Source of the DNA: a virus | Lineage: Duplodnaviria; Caudoviricetes | Strand: one strand, 5' to 3' | Length of the DNA stretch: 64,000 bases | IMG/VR virus record: IMGVR_UViG_3300012983_000045 | Location: 7,875-71,874 of that record | Part shown: piece by piece, positions 1 to 15,200 of the stretch | How positions within the stretch are numbered: the first letter of the stretch is position 1 | How the letters are laid out: every line of letters starts with the position of its first letter | The notes under the pieces: model-generated | The model's database searches: none | What the model was told of the DNA's origin: nothing | The model's input: only the letters and a program-made list of their open reading frames with translations | Position numbers and translations under genes: made by a program

Positions 1-205
1 CTTTAACCATGGACACAGTAAAGACAAGAACATCTTGATAAGATGTCCCCATATGGTTTGGAATTATGCGGTATCTATTCATAGAACCTTTGAGTATATC
101 ACGAGACATTGCTAGCGGAACTTCTGGGTCTGTCCGAAATCCGCCAATAACTAAGCCATAATCTTGTGATGATGCGCCATTGTAAGTAAAATAATTACCG
201 TACAT
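1..205 (-). CDS. Distal tail protein (Dit)-like, 5' part only (runs off the window)
   Basis: ATG at 205 after GGAGG; open frame MYGNYFTYNGASSQDYGLVIGGF... to the window edge; lies directly downstream of the tape measure gene. Confidence 0.55.
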   Translation of the reverse strand, partial: MYGNYFTYNGASSQDYGLVIGGFRTDPEVPLAMSRDILKGSMNRYRIIPNHMGTSYQDVLVFTVSMVK

Positions 206-229
206 TAGACATCCCTCCTTTCCAATTAG

Positions 230-264
230 AAAATAGGAGACGAGCTGTGACACTCGCCCCCTAT
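230..264 (-). terminator. Probable intrinsic terminator after the tape measure gene
   Basis: Minus strand ATAGGGGGCGAG-TGTCACAG-CTCGTCTCCTAT followed by TTT, just past the TAA at 277. Confidence 0.45.
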
Positions 265-276
265 GTGAATTAATTA

Positions 277-3200
277 TTATTTTCTGCCAAGCTTACGTGC
301 TTCTCGTGCATTGTATTTGTTTGTGTAATCGCAAGCCTTCTTGAGTATCTCTTGAAGTTCTGGCAGAGCTTCTTTATCAACATCCCCATATACAGTAAGA
401 AGAGAATCATAAGAGTTATTATATGTAGTATTTGATGTATTGTTTGCTGTCGGAACTTTGCCCATTTTCATTAAGAATGCACTTGGGTCAATTGCGCCCC
501 ACTTCATAAGATTCTCTGTTAGATTCGCCGGGATTACGCCGTCGCCCTTAGATAATGGAGTAAGATATGCTCCATCTTTGCGAACGAGTAATTCTCCAGA
601 ATGAGTCCAATGAGAACCAGTGTATGGAATACTTGTTGTTCCTTTGGCGTATCCTTTCTTTGCAGAATTCCAACCAGTGTCTTTAAGCTTCTTGAGAAGA
701 GCAGCAGCTTGCGTTTCGTTCAAAGATTTCTGATTAGCATTTACTCCAGAAATACCTTGCTCTCTTGCAAGTTTAACAAGTTCTGCATCGGTTGGTGTTT
801 TGCCGGTTATTCCTGTAATGTACTGTTTGAGATCCTGTTCTTTGGCTTTGTTTATATTACCAGTAATATCACTTGTGGCTTTAGATTCGGTCAGTGTAGT
901 TCCTTTTGTAACTTTTATCGTATTACCAGCGTCAGTTGCTCCTAACACATAATCTTTAAGATCGAATCCATTATATTGTAAAGCAAGTACAACAGCCTTC
1001 TTCTATGCATCAGTTAATTTCTAACCACTTGCCTCTGTCGGTAATCCAGAAACATTTGTATATGCTTTGCCAATATGTAACATATCTGCCTCAGATAAAT
1101 CTCTTCCAAGAACATTATAAAGATATGTCCATAATACATCATTTTTCTTTTGATTTACTGTTCCGGCTTCTGCAAGTTGTCTCGAAGAAATAAACGCCGC
1201 AGCCCCTTGGTTTGTTCCAAATCCATACTATTTCATTGCTTTTAAAATCTTATTGCGAGCGTCTTTAGAAAGGTCGCTTTCTTTAGTAACTTTACTCTTA
1301 TACGGAACACCATCAAGATCTGCGCCTAATTCTCTTAGGTATTGTGCTAAATGAGCCATTTCTGTAGCCGAAGTGTCTTTGCCAGTAAGCTTATAAAGAT
1401 AATTCCACAAATCATCTTTTTCGTGGTCTTTAATAGCTTTTGCATCCGCCACTTTACGAGAAGCAGCATAGTTATACATCTTTGTAAGAGTATCTCTACG
1501 TGCTTTTGCCTATGTAGCGGTTTCTCCACCAGCAGCTTGTTCTGCTTGTTTCTTATCAGTATTCGAATTAAAACTTGTTGTTTGCTGACCATTAGGCTCA
1601 AGTCCGCCCATAATATCTTCGTATGTTGATTTAAATTTTAACAATCCGCTTTCCCACAAACCAAAGGCTCCAAGAACTGCATTAGATGCATCTGTTGTAA
1701 ACCGGATTGTTGCTGTGCTAAGATGTTCAACCACCTAATCATATGTGGTGCTAAATTCACTAAGCACTCCTTCGTTTGTCTAAACCTAAGTAGCCCATGC
1801 TTGAAGTGGTGCGAGAGTTCCGTCCATGTCTGCAATTTGTTTTTCTGCGGTTTTGCCTACTACAGTTCCAGTTTGTTTAATTCTTGCATCGATTACGCTA
1901 TATGCTTTATCATAGTTGTTCTCAAGTCGTTGAAGCATATATGATACAACTTGTTCTTGTGCAGCGGCATTACCCTCAACATATTTGAGTGTATCATCAA
2001 GACTCTTTTGAGCGTCTTTACTCAGACGGTCATAGCCTTCTTGTTGCATATCAATACTATGCTGATAACGTGTATCATCAAGATCCTCACGCTTTTCAGC
2101 TAAGTCGGCTTTAATCCTTGCAAGTCGTGCTTTTGAAGCAGCATCGCCTACGCCTTCCAATGCTGCAGCTTCTGCTTCAAGCTGTTGTATATCTTTTTGT
2201 TTACTTTTAAGTGTTTTATTATAATCATAATCGTAAAATCTTTACATGGTTCGCTACGCCATGCCGTGGATAAACCACGCTCATGTTTTCACATGAGACT
2301 AGACTATATCTTCTAAACATATGATATATTTATATTATATTTTTTCTAAGTTTAATTCATATACAATAATATCTTCCAGATTCTTTTCTTCCCAATATGG
2401 AATACGAATCATTCTTATATTATTTTCCTTGCAGTAATTATTTTTTATCTCATCCCTCTTTTTGCTATTTTGAAAATCTTCTTCTCCGTGAACGGGGTAA
2501 AAATGATATATGCCATCAAATTCAATAACACAATTATAATCTTCTAAGAAGAAGTCGAAACGCAAAACTTTTATATTTTTACAATCTGGAAATACGTGTT
2601 GAGGATCAAATTTAATATTATATTTATGTAGAATATCATGTATTTTTAATTCTCCAACACTTTTATCGTGACAATGACTACATTTCCCGTCGTAATTTTT
2701 TGTATAATTATTTAAACTACACGTAAAAATTTCTCCACAAGACCCACATTTGATTTGTAGATTATTTGTAATTGCGGTCTTATAGTCATGTGGGTTCAAT
2801 AACTTGTTATTGTTTTTGCTCTCAATGGTCTAAATAACCTCTTCTTCCGACAATCTTAATAAATTCGACATATACCCATGTTTACACTAAATACAACCAT
2901 GTCCAAGTTTCATATCTTTTAAGTGGATTTTTTGTTCACCATGTTTCGGACATATATATCTGAACCACGAACCTTCGTTTTGGATTTCGTCCACGGTTGA
3001 TAATGGCGTATATCCGCGTTCTTCACAAAGTTTTCTGAATAATAAAATGGCATTTTCCGCCACAAGACGTTTTCTCTCATCTTTTTTACATTCCTAGCAT
3101 CCATTCTCCCTTAAATATTCTATATTATGTTCTTGAATACCATGAATTGGGCATTTATATTTTAATTTAGCCTTAGTTGTAACACAGTCTTCCTTTTCTG

Positions 3201-6200
3201 AAATCGCTTCAAATCCATATTCGTTGCACAATTGTATAAATTCATTATATATTCGTTCGCAACTATCGTTATGTAATCGCTCCGCTAATTTTTTACCTTT
3301 ACATTTCTCGCAACAGCATTTATCTATCGGTTCTGACATGGCCAAATTATATCGTCCATACCATATGGGGAATATTTCACCACAATAATCACAAATTGCC
3401 TATACTGTTATTTTAGCAGTAGATGGTAAATCTTCTGCGTTTACATAAAATGATTCATCCCAATCGGTGAAAACATAACCTTTACTAACATAATGTTTTC
3501 GCGTATTTGGTCTCCATTTAACCTATATTTTTTGATTCGGAACTAACATTAATCCCTTTCCTCCTTATATAATATCATATATTTAGTCTACCATTTCGAA
3601 CCGCCAATCGCTTGCGGCTCTACTTCCCCACAACAGGGAATAGTCGTTGAACGTAATCCTGTTCGGATTTTCGCTGCTGATTGCCCATATATCCATACAC
3701 TTTTCAAGCGTTCACACTTACGTATATTTCATCGTTATGTTGTAGCAGTATAGCTTTAGGGTGTTCCAGCAATTAGATAGATAAGCGCAATATGATTCAC
3801 GCTTTCTTTTTGCTCAAGGCATCTTTGCGTAAGGAAATTAAATCCTAGAGCGCTTTGTTTTCATTTGTAATCTGTGTCTTGTATACATCAATAATAGATT
3901 TTTTCAGTTGCTCATTTGCAGACACACTCTGCTGAATTGTCTCTATATGTTGCCGAGTTTCTTCTTCGTACTGCTCCATAGATATGACGCCATTCTCATA
4001 TTCTTCATGAAGCTTCTCAAGAGCACCACGTTCATTTGCAATAAGCTGATTGTAATTCTAAATCTCCGCTCCATAGAGCGCAAGTTTTGCATACCCTTCT
4101 TCAGTGATTTCTATTTGATCGCCAGTATCAAAGATTTCTGCATCACTAATAAGACTATTGAGATGCTCAAAGTCAGATACAGTTTCTTTAATAATTCTCT
4201 GAATTCTTTCGAACGGCTCCCATCTGGTCTTACGGATTGCTTCCGCAAGTTCAATGTTAGCAGAAGCGAGAGAGATAGCAGTTTCACGAAGTTGCTGAAG
4301 TTTTGCATAAGCTTCGTTCCACTTTTCTGAACCAGGCTCCCATCCTTCGGCTTGTGCCTATGCCAAGATAGCATCTGCTTGTTTACCAATCTGCTGAATT
4401 TCAAGGTTGTTTGTGTCAATCTGGCCTTGATATGCCTGTCTACGTTGAGCAATAGAAGCATGCATTGTACTAACATCATATGGCATGCCTTTTCTTGTAC
4501 CGAGCTTAGTATAGTAGTCACCAATTGTTTTTAATGTACTAGATGCTTTAGATAGTCTTTCAATAACTTGACCAATTGCATCAATGTCAAGCTGTCGGAT
4601 TTTCTAGCCCATCTCTACAATAGCAGTATTAGTATCCCAAATGCTTGCCTCGAGATCAAATAATTTAGCTTTAGCTTCATGATATTCATCAGTATTTTTC
4701 TTACCAGCTGCCTCTAAATCACTAAGGATCTTGGTGTATTCGGTATATTGACTCGACAAATATTTCTGCTGTTCTTCAAGACGAACACGTTCTTGATTGT
4801 ACAATTGTTTGAATGTTCCGCTATTAGCTCTTGTTCCGGTAGCGGTATAATATGCTTCTTTAGACTGAGTGACTTTCTGAGAGGACTGAACCATATGAAG
4901 AAGTCCACCCCATTTTTTATCAGCTTTATCAAACTATGCTTGTGCAAGTTCAGTCGCCGCATTCTTCGCAGCCTTCTGAAGTTCAACCAGACTTGTCTTA
5001 CTTTGCCAATATTCTTCCGTCAATTTAGCAAGCTGAGTCTGTGCTTCTTGATATTCTTTGCTGTTTACACCATATATCTTAGCAGCATTAGCAAGTTCTT
5101 TTTCATAGTCCTTCATTGCCTGTTCGTTGTATTTGACAATTTCTTTCTGACGTACAATCTGAGACCCCATATTCTTACGGATAACTTCACGGTCTTCACC
5201 ACCACTTGCCTGATAATATTCAAGCATAGCTTTTGTTGATGCTTGGATAGCAGAAGAGCGTTCTGCAAGAGTACCATATTTACTGACTATGTTGTCGAGC
5301 TTCATACCTTGGAGTTCTTTGAGTTGCTTCAGTAAATCATTGTTGGCATCCTTCACATCTTCGGCTTTGTTATACCACTCCATGTAGCTTTGAATGAACG
5401 TCTGCACACCTTCATCATATGACTTGATATCAATGTCGTCACCGTTCTGAATCTTACCAATAATTTCTTTAGCTTGATCGGCACTCACAAGTCCAGATGT
5501 AACAGCCTAAGAGGTAACTTTATCAGCCTATGCCATATATGCATCATACGCACGTTTGTTACGACCCATCAGAGATTTGGTATCTTTTTCATTACCAATC
5601 AGTTTTATGGCTTGGTCTATATATTTATTCTTTGTCCTTGTATCTGTGGCAAGTTCAGATTGAGTAAGGAATCTGTCGAGTTCACGCTGTGTTCTTTCGA
5701 GCGTAATCTCAGCCATATCAAACCAATCTTTTATTGCATCCTGGAAATTCTTGATTGCTTCTTGGATGGCATCTGCTGATTTCTTGGCTGCATCGCTAAC
5801 AGTAGTCGCAGCTTTATTTACATTATTTTCTGTCTTTGATGAGACGCCAGAAGATGGGGTAGTTGCGCCTGGAGTGTTTGGTTTTGGATTCCATCCTCCG
5901 GCAGTCCCCGAATGAGCTGGCATACCATTATATGCCAACGTTCCACTAGCTAATGCACGAGCACCGCCAACAAGATGACCTTTGCCCGAAGCACGACCAG
6001 TAGACATGAGTGCTTTGACTTGGCTATGAGAGAGTATTACATCGCCCTTCTTTAAGTTTTCAACGTGCATACCTCCGGGAAGAATTGAGAACACACCGTT
6101 CCTAATTAATCCTTCTGCCCCGACCTCATTTACAAGAGCCGTTTCGTCTTCTTGTAGAGAAACATTTGTACCCCTAGCATGAGCCGGAAGAGTATTGATA

Positions 6201-9200
6201 ACATTATATGCAGTACCAGATGCATGAGCGTGAAATGTCCCGGCAGCATTACTTGTTGGAAGCCCACTCACATGCGCAGCTACACTAATACTAAATTGTC
6301 TGTTAAGAGCGTTATGTATTGCCAATAGCATATTACCAGTATTCGCCGTAATACTAATTGCCGGATTCAATCCCTGAATATGGCTAACAGCAATATCGGC
6401 TGCTTTAACGGCATTATTCGCGTCGCCATTAATCTTCATCACCGGATGCTTCTTTTCAACAGATGCGGATGCAACATCAGCCGCTTTAACAACATTCTTG
6501 GCATCACCATTTATTTTCATTGTTGGCGGATTTTCTTCAACAGACTGCTTGGTTTGTTCAATGACCTTTGTCGCCTCTTCGTTATCTGCCACAATATCCA
6601 TTTTTGCTTCCGTTATTGCCTACGTGAGGTCATCTATTTGTTCAGCAGCAATTTCAACTTTAATTGGGGCTTCTAATCCTTCAATCTAACTCTTAAGTTC
6701 TGCTAATTCTTGTTTGCCCTATTCGGTATTAAGATCAATATTAAACTCTTTTGCAAGATCTTCGTCTGCTAACGATTTCAGTTCTTCGAGTCCAGATATT
6801 GCTTCGTCTTTTCCTTCGAGGATTGTATTAATGTGTATCTAACGATCATATGTTTTAATTTCGTTATCTGTAGCGAGTGCCTCGTTGGATCCATCCTCCA
6901 TACCTCGTCTTGCTTTTATTAATTGAACTTTCCTTTGTTGCAGTGTTTCATTGTCTAATTGAGAAATGTCGCCACCCAAATTAAACGAAATATCAACATC
7001 CCCGCTTTGTTGTAGTTCTTTTATTTTTTGCCTACCCTGTTCAAGCTATTCATTAAATTCTTCTGCGCCTTGAATAGATGGACCAAATTCTGCATCGGGC
7101 GTCCAATCAATAAGTCCCATCTAAGACAAAACAGTCATTAATGCTTTGCCATATTCCTGACCAAGGCCGAGTTCTTTTAGAATTCCATCGAGTGCCTATT
7201 CAGCACCTTCCAATTGTGTTTTCCCGTCGCCAAATTCAATTGTTCCAAGTTCTTCGTCTGAGAATTGTTTAAGTGTATTAAGATACTTGCTGATGGCCTC
7301 GTTGTAACCATTTATCTTATCACCATCAAATAACTCATGATTGTGCGCAACTTCGGCATATCGGTCTGCCATTTCTTTTGCGTCTTCGCCCTTAAATGTT
7401 GCCATAAGAACAGGCAATTCAACCTATTCACCATTTAATGCTTTTCCGGCATATTCTTGTAATGCTTCTGGTTCTAGTACATCGCCATTCGGAAGGATGG
7501 GTGTCATAACAACGGCTGTCTGATTATCGTCGCTGGTATACGTCTAACTATATAATGTCGCATAATCTCCATCGAAATCAGGATAAAATTCTTGCATCAT
7601 GCGAGGAGTAACTCTGGCTCTGTGATTTAAGTCAACATCTCCAAATTGAGTCCCAGACACGAAATCCGTCATTGCGGCCTCATAACTAGCGCGATCAATT
7701 GTAAAATCTTTCAAATTAATCGTAACACCATATTCATCTGCCATTCTCTGAACTTCGTCCATGATACGTTTCATACCAACTTGATCGCCCATGCTTTCCG
7801 CAGTTGCATATGCCTAACGAAGAGCATCAACTGTATCCGGTAAATTCTTGAATCCTTCAATAAAAGATTGCTGAGAACCAGCAACATAATTATTTGTGGC
7901 GGTATCCAAATTAGTAAGGTCATCTTTTAATCCTTGAATCTAATTACGTTTTTCCGCCAACACATCTTCACTTGCCCCGACAGCTACAAGTTGCGCGTAC
8001 TCAAGCTGTGCGTCTGTCAGCTGTGTTTTGAGATCACTTGCTTTTGCAGATGCTTCTTCAAGAGAGGACACATATGCAATATTTCCGCCGTAGTCATTGA
8101 TGCGTCCCATCATGTCCATAAAGAACTCATCAGACATACCCATTTCAAGAGCGGCCTTTGCAGAATCCGCAAAATCAAGAGAATATCCTGTCAATGCATC
8201 ATATGTTGCCAGTCCTTTAGACACGAGGTCGTTAAGGAAGTTGCTGACTCCAGATGCGTCATCCGTAAAGTATCTCTCAGCTTTCTTATAATTCTGCTCA
8301 AATGTCTTCCAATCAGTTCTGCCAAACGGATCCAGATACGCAGCACGAGTCTTAAAATCATCAGTTCCAATCAGACCCTTATCAAACAGATCTTTTGCTG
8401 TCTTCATGTATCCCTGAGCGGTCTCATAATCAGCGCCTTCATTCTTCGTCTGGTCGGCACGAGCAATAGCAGCAAGACGAGAGAAGTTCTACATCTATTC
8501 AGCATACGTAGCATAGTACTGTGCCTGTTGACGCATATATTCAGCCATTTGTTCATTAAGTTCACGAACCTTGGATGTATCTCCAGCTTTTGATGCGCGG
8601 TCAATTGCTTCTTGAATATCATTCATCTTAGATTCAAAATCTTGATTAATGATTTCATTCTGCTGTTCAGCGAGGCGTTGAAGTTCCATCATATCTACTT
8701 TTACGCCGTCAGCAGTAGAGTAGAAGATAGAAGAGATATCAGCAGCAGAACCAAGCTCACTGAATCCAGTTGTGATTTGCCTCATTGTTTCAGCGGTCAA
8801 TCCGGTTTCAGATGTCATTTCAGACATTGCTGTAGAAATTGTAGAAGCAAGTTGCATTGCGTCAGATACCGCAAGATTCTTGGCTGTATCTTGATAATCC
8901 AGAAGAGAAGAGTAGAGGTCGTTTATTGTTGATTCGTTAGAACGCAACGTCTTTTGTTGATCTTCCGTGAGATTTCCAGATTTACGAAGTTCTGCATTCT
9001 AATCTTGTAAGTTTTTAATTTGCTTCTTTGTAAGGGCTGCAAGCTCTTTGTAATCTTTTACATTTGCTTTGAGACCTTGGGCCTGTTTTAAACTTATTTC
9101 TTCATTCTTTCTAGAAATGGCATCTGCGGTATCTTCGTATGCAAGTGCGAGATTGTCTAATGCGTACTATTGTGGAGTATACGAGTCAGCAGCATCTCTA

Positions 9201-12200
9201 GAAGCCTATGCAGACGCTCTATATTCATTTGCTTTTACTGTATATGTATCACGAACTCCTTGACTAAGACTTGTGTTTTTCGCTTGATTATCCCAATATT
9301 CAGCCATTTCCATGTTTTGTTCGTAATCAGATTCATACAAATCGTGAAGAGACTGATATGATGCTTCTCTGCTTTCTCTACCATATTTCTTATCAAGTTC
9401 TATTTCTTTTTCGTATTTTTCTTCTTGTGCTTTATTCGATTCAATCAGTGCTTTCTATTCATTTGTCCCAACTTCAAGCTATTCTGTTTGAGCATTATAT
9501 GTTTCAATAACAGACTGCCCCCAATTATTTGCAGCCTTATTTAATCTGTCCTCTGCAACTTTATATATTTTTGAGTCAGGTTTATTTTTCGAAGAAACAT
9601 CCTAAAAATTCTTTAGTGCTTTTTCGTATTCTCCATAATATATATCTTGAATCGCTTTCGTATTATTAACAATACCAGTATAATCATCACTTGTAACGGT
9701 AATGCCTTTTGCTTCTTTAATACCAATAGCGGTTCTGTATGCATCAGTAGAATTATTTAGCATTCCTATTTCTTCTTCTACAAGTTTAGCATGAATTGTA
9801 ATTTCTTTATTGTCATATTCATTAATCCACTGTTCTATTGTCCAGGTTGCAGCTTCTGGGTCAGCGGCTAACTGAACCAGTACAGCGGTATCGAGATCTC
9901 CATATTCAGCCTGAAGGGCTGATAAAACCTCTTGTGTTTTTGCCTAGACATTTCTTTCATAATTCTATTCATATCTTTGTTGATCTTGTTCATTTGCAAA
10001 CTAAGGTTGTTCATCTGTCTAAAATGCAGACTTCAGAACTTCCTCTGCACTTTTTGCGCTTGTTTCTAATAAATCCAAAGAGTCAATTATAGTTCTTATA
10101 TAGTTATTCCAATCGTCTTTTTCTGAATCAGTTAAATCTGCCTTTTCTCCGGCTGTCTTCATTAACTCAACAAATGATTTGACTTGCTCATCGCGTTTTT
10201 TAATTAATTGATCAAATAATTCGTTGTCATCTTGTAAATATTCACCTAGACCTTCAAACTGTGATGCTAAATCTGCTTTTGTACTAGAATCAAAAGTCCC
10301 AGATTCTTTATATTGTTGAATAGCAGTAGTGATTGATTCTATTTTGGATTTGTAATTATCTGCATCTTCTGTGAAAACTTCATCGGCAAAAATGTCTGAC
10401 ATTTTTCCTTCTGATGGGATATCTCGCAACGAATCTTTATACCTCTCAATGGCGTTAATCAATGCTTCAAATGTTGGTGGTAAATGATTCTCATTTAAAA
10501 CTTCGTCCTTAAACATACCTTTTATTAAATCTTGTTGTTCTTGATTTAATGTTTTTATATCTTCCCAATCATATTTAGCACCATTTCTATTGTATTTTTG
10601 TGTTTTGGAATCATACTCAACTGTTCCGCCAAGTAATTTATAAATATCATTTCTATTTTTAGTTGCTGTCCAATGTAATCCATCACTGTCTTCATACATA
10701 ATATCAAGACCAACAGCTATCTGTTGACGAATCTATTCATCTGGGAATAAAGTTTCTAGTAAGTTTCCAACATAGTCTTTATATTCTTCATTTGTTAAAT
10801 CATCAAAATTTAATGTAAATAAATCAGATACCTAAACTTTTGTGACTTTACCAGATTCAATAGCACCCTAAATAGGAGCAATAATTTTATTTGTTACATT
10901 ATCATATATTTCTTCCGCATCCCAATCGATATCATCCCAATTAAAGTTGTATAATGAACCACCTATAGCATCTCTAACCTATTCATCTAATTGGCGATAA
11001 GAATGATCTCCATATAAAGATTCTACTAAATGCGGAACAAAATTCTATGTCCAATTTAATCTGAGTTTTTCTTGATTTGATGACAACTTTTCTTGTTCTG
11101 TCTATAGTATATTCATAATTCCATCACTACGAACAGATAAATATTCTTTAAATTCTTTAAGTTCTTCGTCCGTTTGTGCTTGGAATGTATATGATAATCT
11201 ATCTTTACTACCGGCAGATCTAATTCTTAAATTATCAAACTAACCAGATTTCCTTGCCTATTCAAAAATTGATTCTATCTATTCGGCATAGATACTATCA
11301 CGGCTAATACTAAATCTTCTAACAGAACCTTCGTTTAAAAACCCGCCTTCTAAATCGTTAACATTAAATAATGAATATAATTTGTCATTGTACAAATTCT
11401 GAATATCTTTTGACTTTTGTATTTCTTTGGAAGTTTCCTCGTTTTCTTGTCTGATTTGTTTTGCAATTGCAGGAAGCTTTGTTTGTATATCATAAGCATC
11501 TATTTTTCTTATGGTATTAAGGTATTCATCTAATGTCTATTTTGCTTTTGATGAATCTTCCGATAAATCTACTAATTTTGATCCGTAATTTGTCGTACCA
11601 GTAATTAGTGATGGATACAAAGATGCAATATCTTGATTTATCTATAAGAATTCTTCAAATTCTTCGTTAGACAAAGAAACATTCGTTATGTTATTACCAT
11701 CCATAGATACGCCACTTCTTAATTCGGAATATCTATCTCCAAGAGTTTTTGTCTATGTCTTTTTGTCGTTAAAAGATGATTCTATTTCCTGAACGGATGT
11801 CTTAGCGGCTTCGCCAGCCTCTATAATTTCTTGTTTAGTCTCTATAAGTCTATCAACAACTGTTGCAATTCCTTCAACAATCTTTTGAGCAACAAACATT
11901 ACCACCATACCAGCAATAGCATCCATTACTGCACCGGCAAAATTCTCTATCCCACCAACTACACTCTAAATAGTGCCTTTAAATCCATACGCTTTGTTTG
12001 ATAAATCATCCCAAGCTTTCCCTACAGAATATAATTGTTTTTCTTGGTCACTCAATCCTTTTGTTGCATTTAAAATCTCAGCCGGAACAGCTTTCCCGCT
12101 AGCAGTATATTGAGCAATTGCATCACTTAATTTCATTCCCTTTTTAAAATCAGACTAGAAAAATTCATTAATTTCTTTTGGCATCTAAGAAGAAAAATAT

Positions 12201-15200
12201 TGTTTAATATTTCCTATAATTTCTTTAAAACTAGATTTAATACCCTCTTTGCTAAAACCAGATTTTATAATATCTCCGAAATTAAACAAACCCTTTCCCT
12301 AGATTCTCATAATAGCACTTATTGCTCCGGCTATTATCATTCTAAGGCCGCCAAAGCGGTCTGAGAGAGTAGTAATAACATTTATAGCATTTGTACCAAA
12401 ATCAATTATACCCTTTATCCAATCCGAATCTATTGTTGTAGAAAGCAATTCTTGCAACCTGTTCTTAAACTAAGCAACTTTACCCTCTATTGAATCAAGA
12501 TATTTATCTAACTCTTGTTGTGCACTTCCGTCAGAATTCAAAGACTATTCATATACTTCTTTTAAAACATCAAAATTATCAAGAATACTAGCAGCAGCAG
12601 CAGCTCTTGTTTTACCAGCTATTGTTTCAAGTAAGAAGCTTTGTCTGTTGGTGCCCATTTTCTTGTCTTCTTCGCCAATTTCTCTCCAAACTTCAGCAAT
12701 ACCTTTGAGCATTTCATATGTTGATTTATAATTACCACTTTCATTAAGAATATCAAAACCTTTAAATCCATTTGATTGAACTTTTGTTGCATCCATAATG
12801 GTCTTACGAAGTTTCGATTGAGTTGTAATAAGTCCATCAACTTCTTCTCCAGCTTCTTGCATATCCTATACAGAAGTACCCGTGAGTCGAAGAGAAATAG
12901 TACGTAATGATTGGCCAACCATCTGTGGATTTTGAAGAACCTGATTACCGGCTACAGTTAAAGCAACAGCTTCATCCAATGAATTTCCAGCAATTTTCAA
13001 TGTTCCCGCTGATCTTTGAAGGGACTCCGCTAATTCTGAAGTACTAATACTGAAATTATTACCAATGTTATTTAATTTATCTATTATTGTTCCTTTATCT
13101 AATTCCTAGTATGCCTAACTCATCGCAGTCAATGCTTCTGTTGCAGCTCCAACATCCTAAAATTCAGATACATTTAATAATATAGTTGTTTGTTCTGCAC
13201 TTTTCTTTGCTTCCTATAAATTTTCACCCAATCGCAACCAATCGGCAGTAGAACTTTGAATCTAAGAAGCAGTAGTACCAACGCGATCTGCAATATCAAA
13301 AGTTTCAAGTTGATAATCCTATAATGTAGACAGCGATTCATTGCTAACTTTACGCATCTCGGTAAGTTGAGTATCCAAATCTGTTATAACGCTTATTGCC
13401 TCACGACCATAACGAATAAAATCCTGAAAGCTCAAATAATATGTAGCAAGGCTTGTCATCGTGTTTTTAAACTAATCTTTAAACCTATCACCGAGAGATT
13501 TTCCCAGTAATCCTTTTTCTGCGGCATCTCCTGTAATCTTCTAAAACCTAGCATTCCATTCTTCTGCAGCGCCTTTACTTCCAATCTAAGATACATCAGA
13601 CATCAAAAGTTTTAATTCTTCCCTATATTCTTTTGCAGCAATCTTATTCTAATCCATCCACTTCTAAACTTTTGCAAGAGAAGAAGCTTGCCAGTCTTTG
13701 GCAATCGGTTGCCAATCAGAACTTTTTGCTAATTTTTGTTGCTCTTTTGCTATTTCTTCTAAATCATCCTTAACTTTATCCAACTCATCTATGTCTTTAA
13801 CATTAATATCAATATTACCAACTTTTGATTCTAATTCTCCAACTTTTTCTAGCCACCCATCTGGATCAGATCTCCATTCTGCCTGGTTTTTCATTTTAGA
13901 TATTTTTGTAGCTAATTTGTCGCGAAGTTTTATAGCCTCCTATTGAAGGGCGTTTTGCTCCAACATTTCTTGCGTGTATTTTGACGGATCTGCACTAGCT
14001 TGACTTTCGTATACTGCATCAGACAATTCTTTTGCAGAGGCAATCTATTTATCTGTTAATCTCAAACCTTCTACTTTTGCATCATCCCACTGTTGCTCAA
14101 TTGTAATAATAGACTATAATGCATTGGCTATCTAATCATATTCATTCTATGTTAATGTAGCACCACTGATACCTTTTTGATATAATCTTTGATATGTTTT
14201 TTTTGCATTGTCATATTCACTTAATTCAGATACTAAACTTCGTCTTCTTTCTTTATTTAATTCTCTAGTTTGATCTTCTTGCGCTTTTTCTTGCGATTTT
14301 ACAAATCTCCTATAAGCCGTTGAAACTGTGTCCTAATTTCCAGGCAATAATTTTAAAGCATTATCATACTAATCCTATGTTATAGATTTATTATTAAGCA
14401 ATTTATCAAGTTCTTCTCTTGCAGCTTTTGTGGCAGATCGCAATTCTTCCATTTTTAAAATAATAGGAGATATGTCGTCTTCTTCAATATTCTTACCATA
14501 ATTTGCATCAGCAACAAAATTGAAAAATTCGTCCTATACAGATGCGTAATCCTTAAAGGTTTTTGTAATACTATCAAACTATTTCTATATATCAGCTTGC
14601 TATTTCGTATACGAAGCCTAATCTTGTTGATTCTTCCACTCGGCTTCACTACGTTGAAGCTATTCTTGTAGTTCTATTCTTTTCTTTGTAGCAGCTTCAT
14701 CTGCTTTAGCAACTCTTTCCAATACAGCCTATTTTGTCTAAGATAATTCTAATCCGGATTTCTTTATATCATTTAGAACGTTATATTTTTCAATTAATTT
14801 ATCCAATTCAGCCTGTTCTTCTGGAGCTAGATTTGTTTCTACTGCTTTTTTCATTGTTAAATCGGCGTATCTGTCAGCATCTCTCATTTGTTCTTTATAT
14901 TCATTTTGAATAGCGCGGTTCTATTGGTCTATCTTTTTATAATCCTAACTACGCTATTTAACCCAACTCGCCTTGTTAATATCAGGATTTGTCTCATCAT
15001 CAAGCTATCTCAATATGTCATTTAATTCATCCTATAGTTCTTTTGTGTCTGCGGCGGAATCTTTCATTTTCCCCAATAGTACCTAAATATCTGATTTAAG
15101 TCTTTCGCGCCCGACATCTGGTCTATCCGCATCTAATTTGGTAGAGGATTTCTAGTCTTTTATAGCCTATTGAGCCAATCGTTGATATTCTTTAAGTCCA

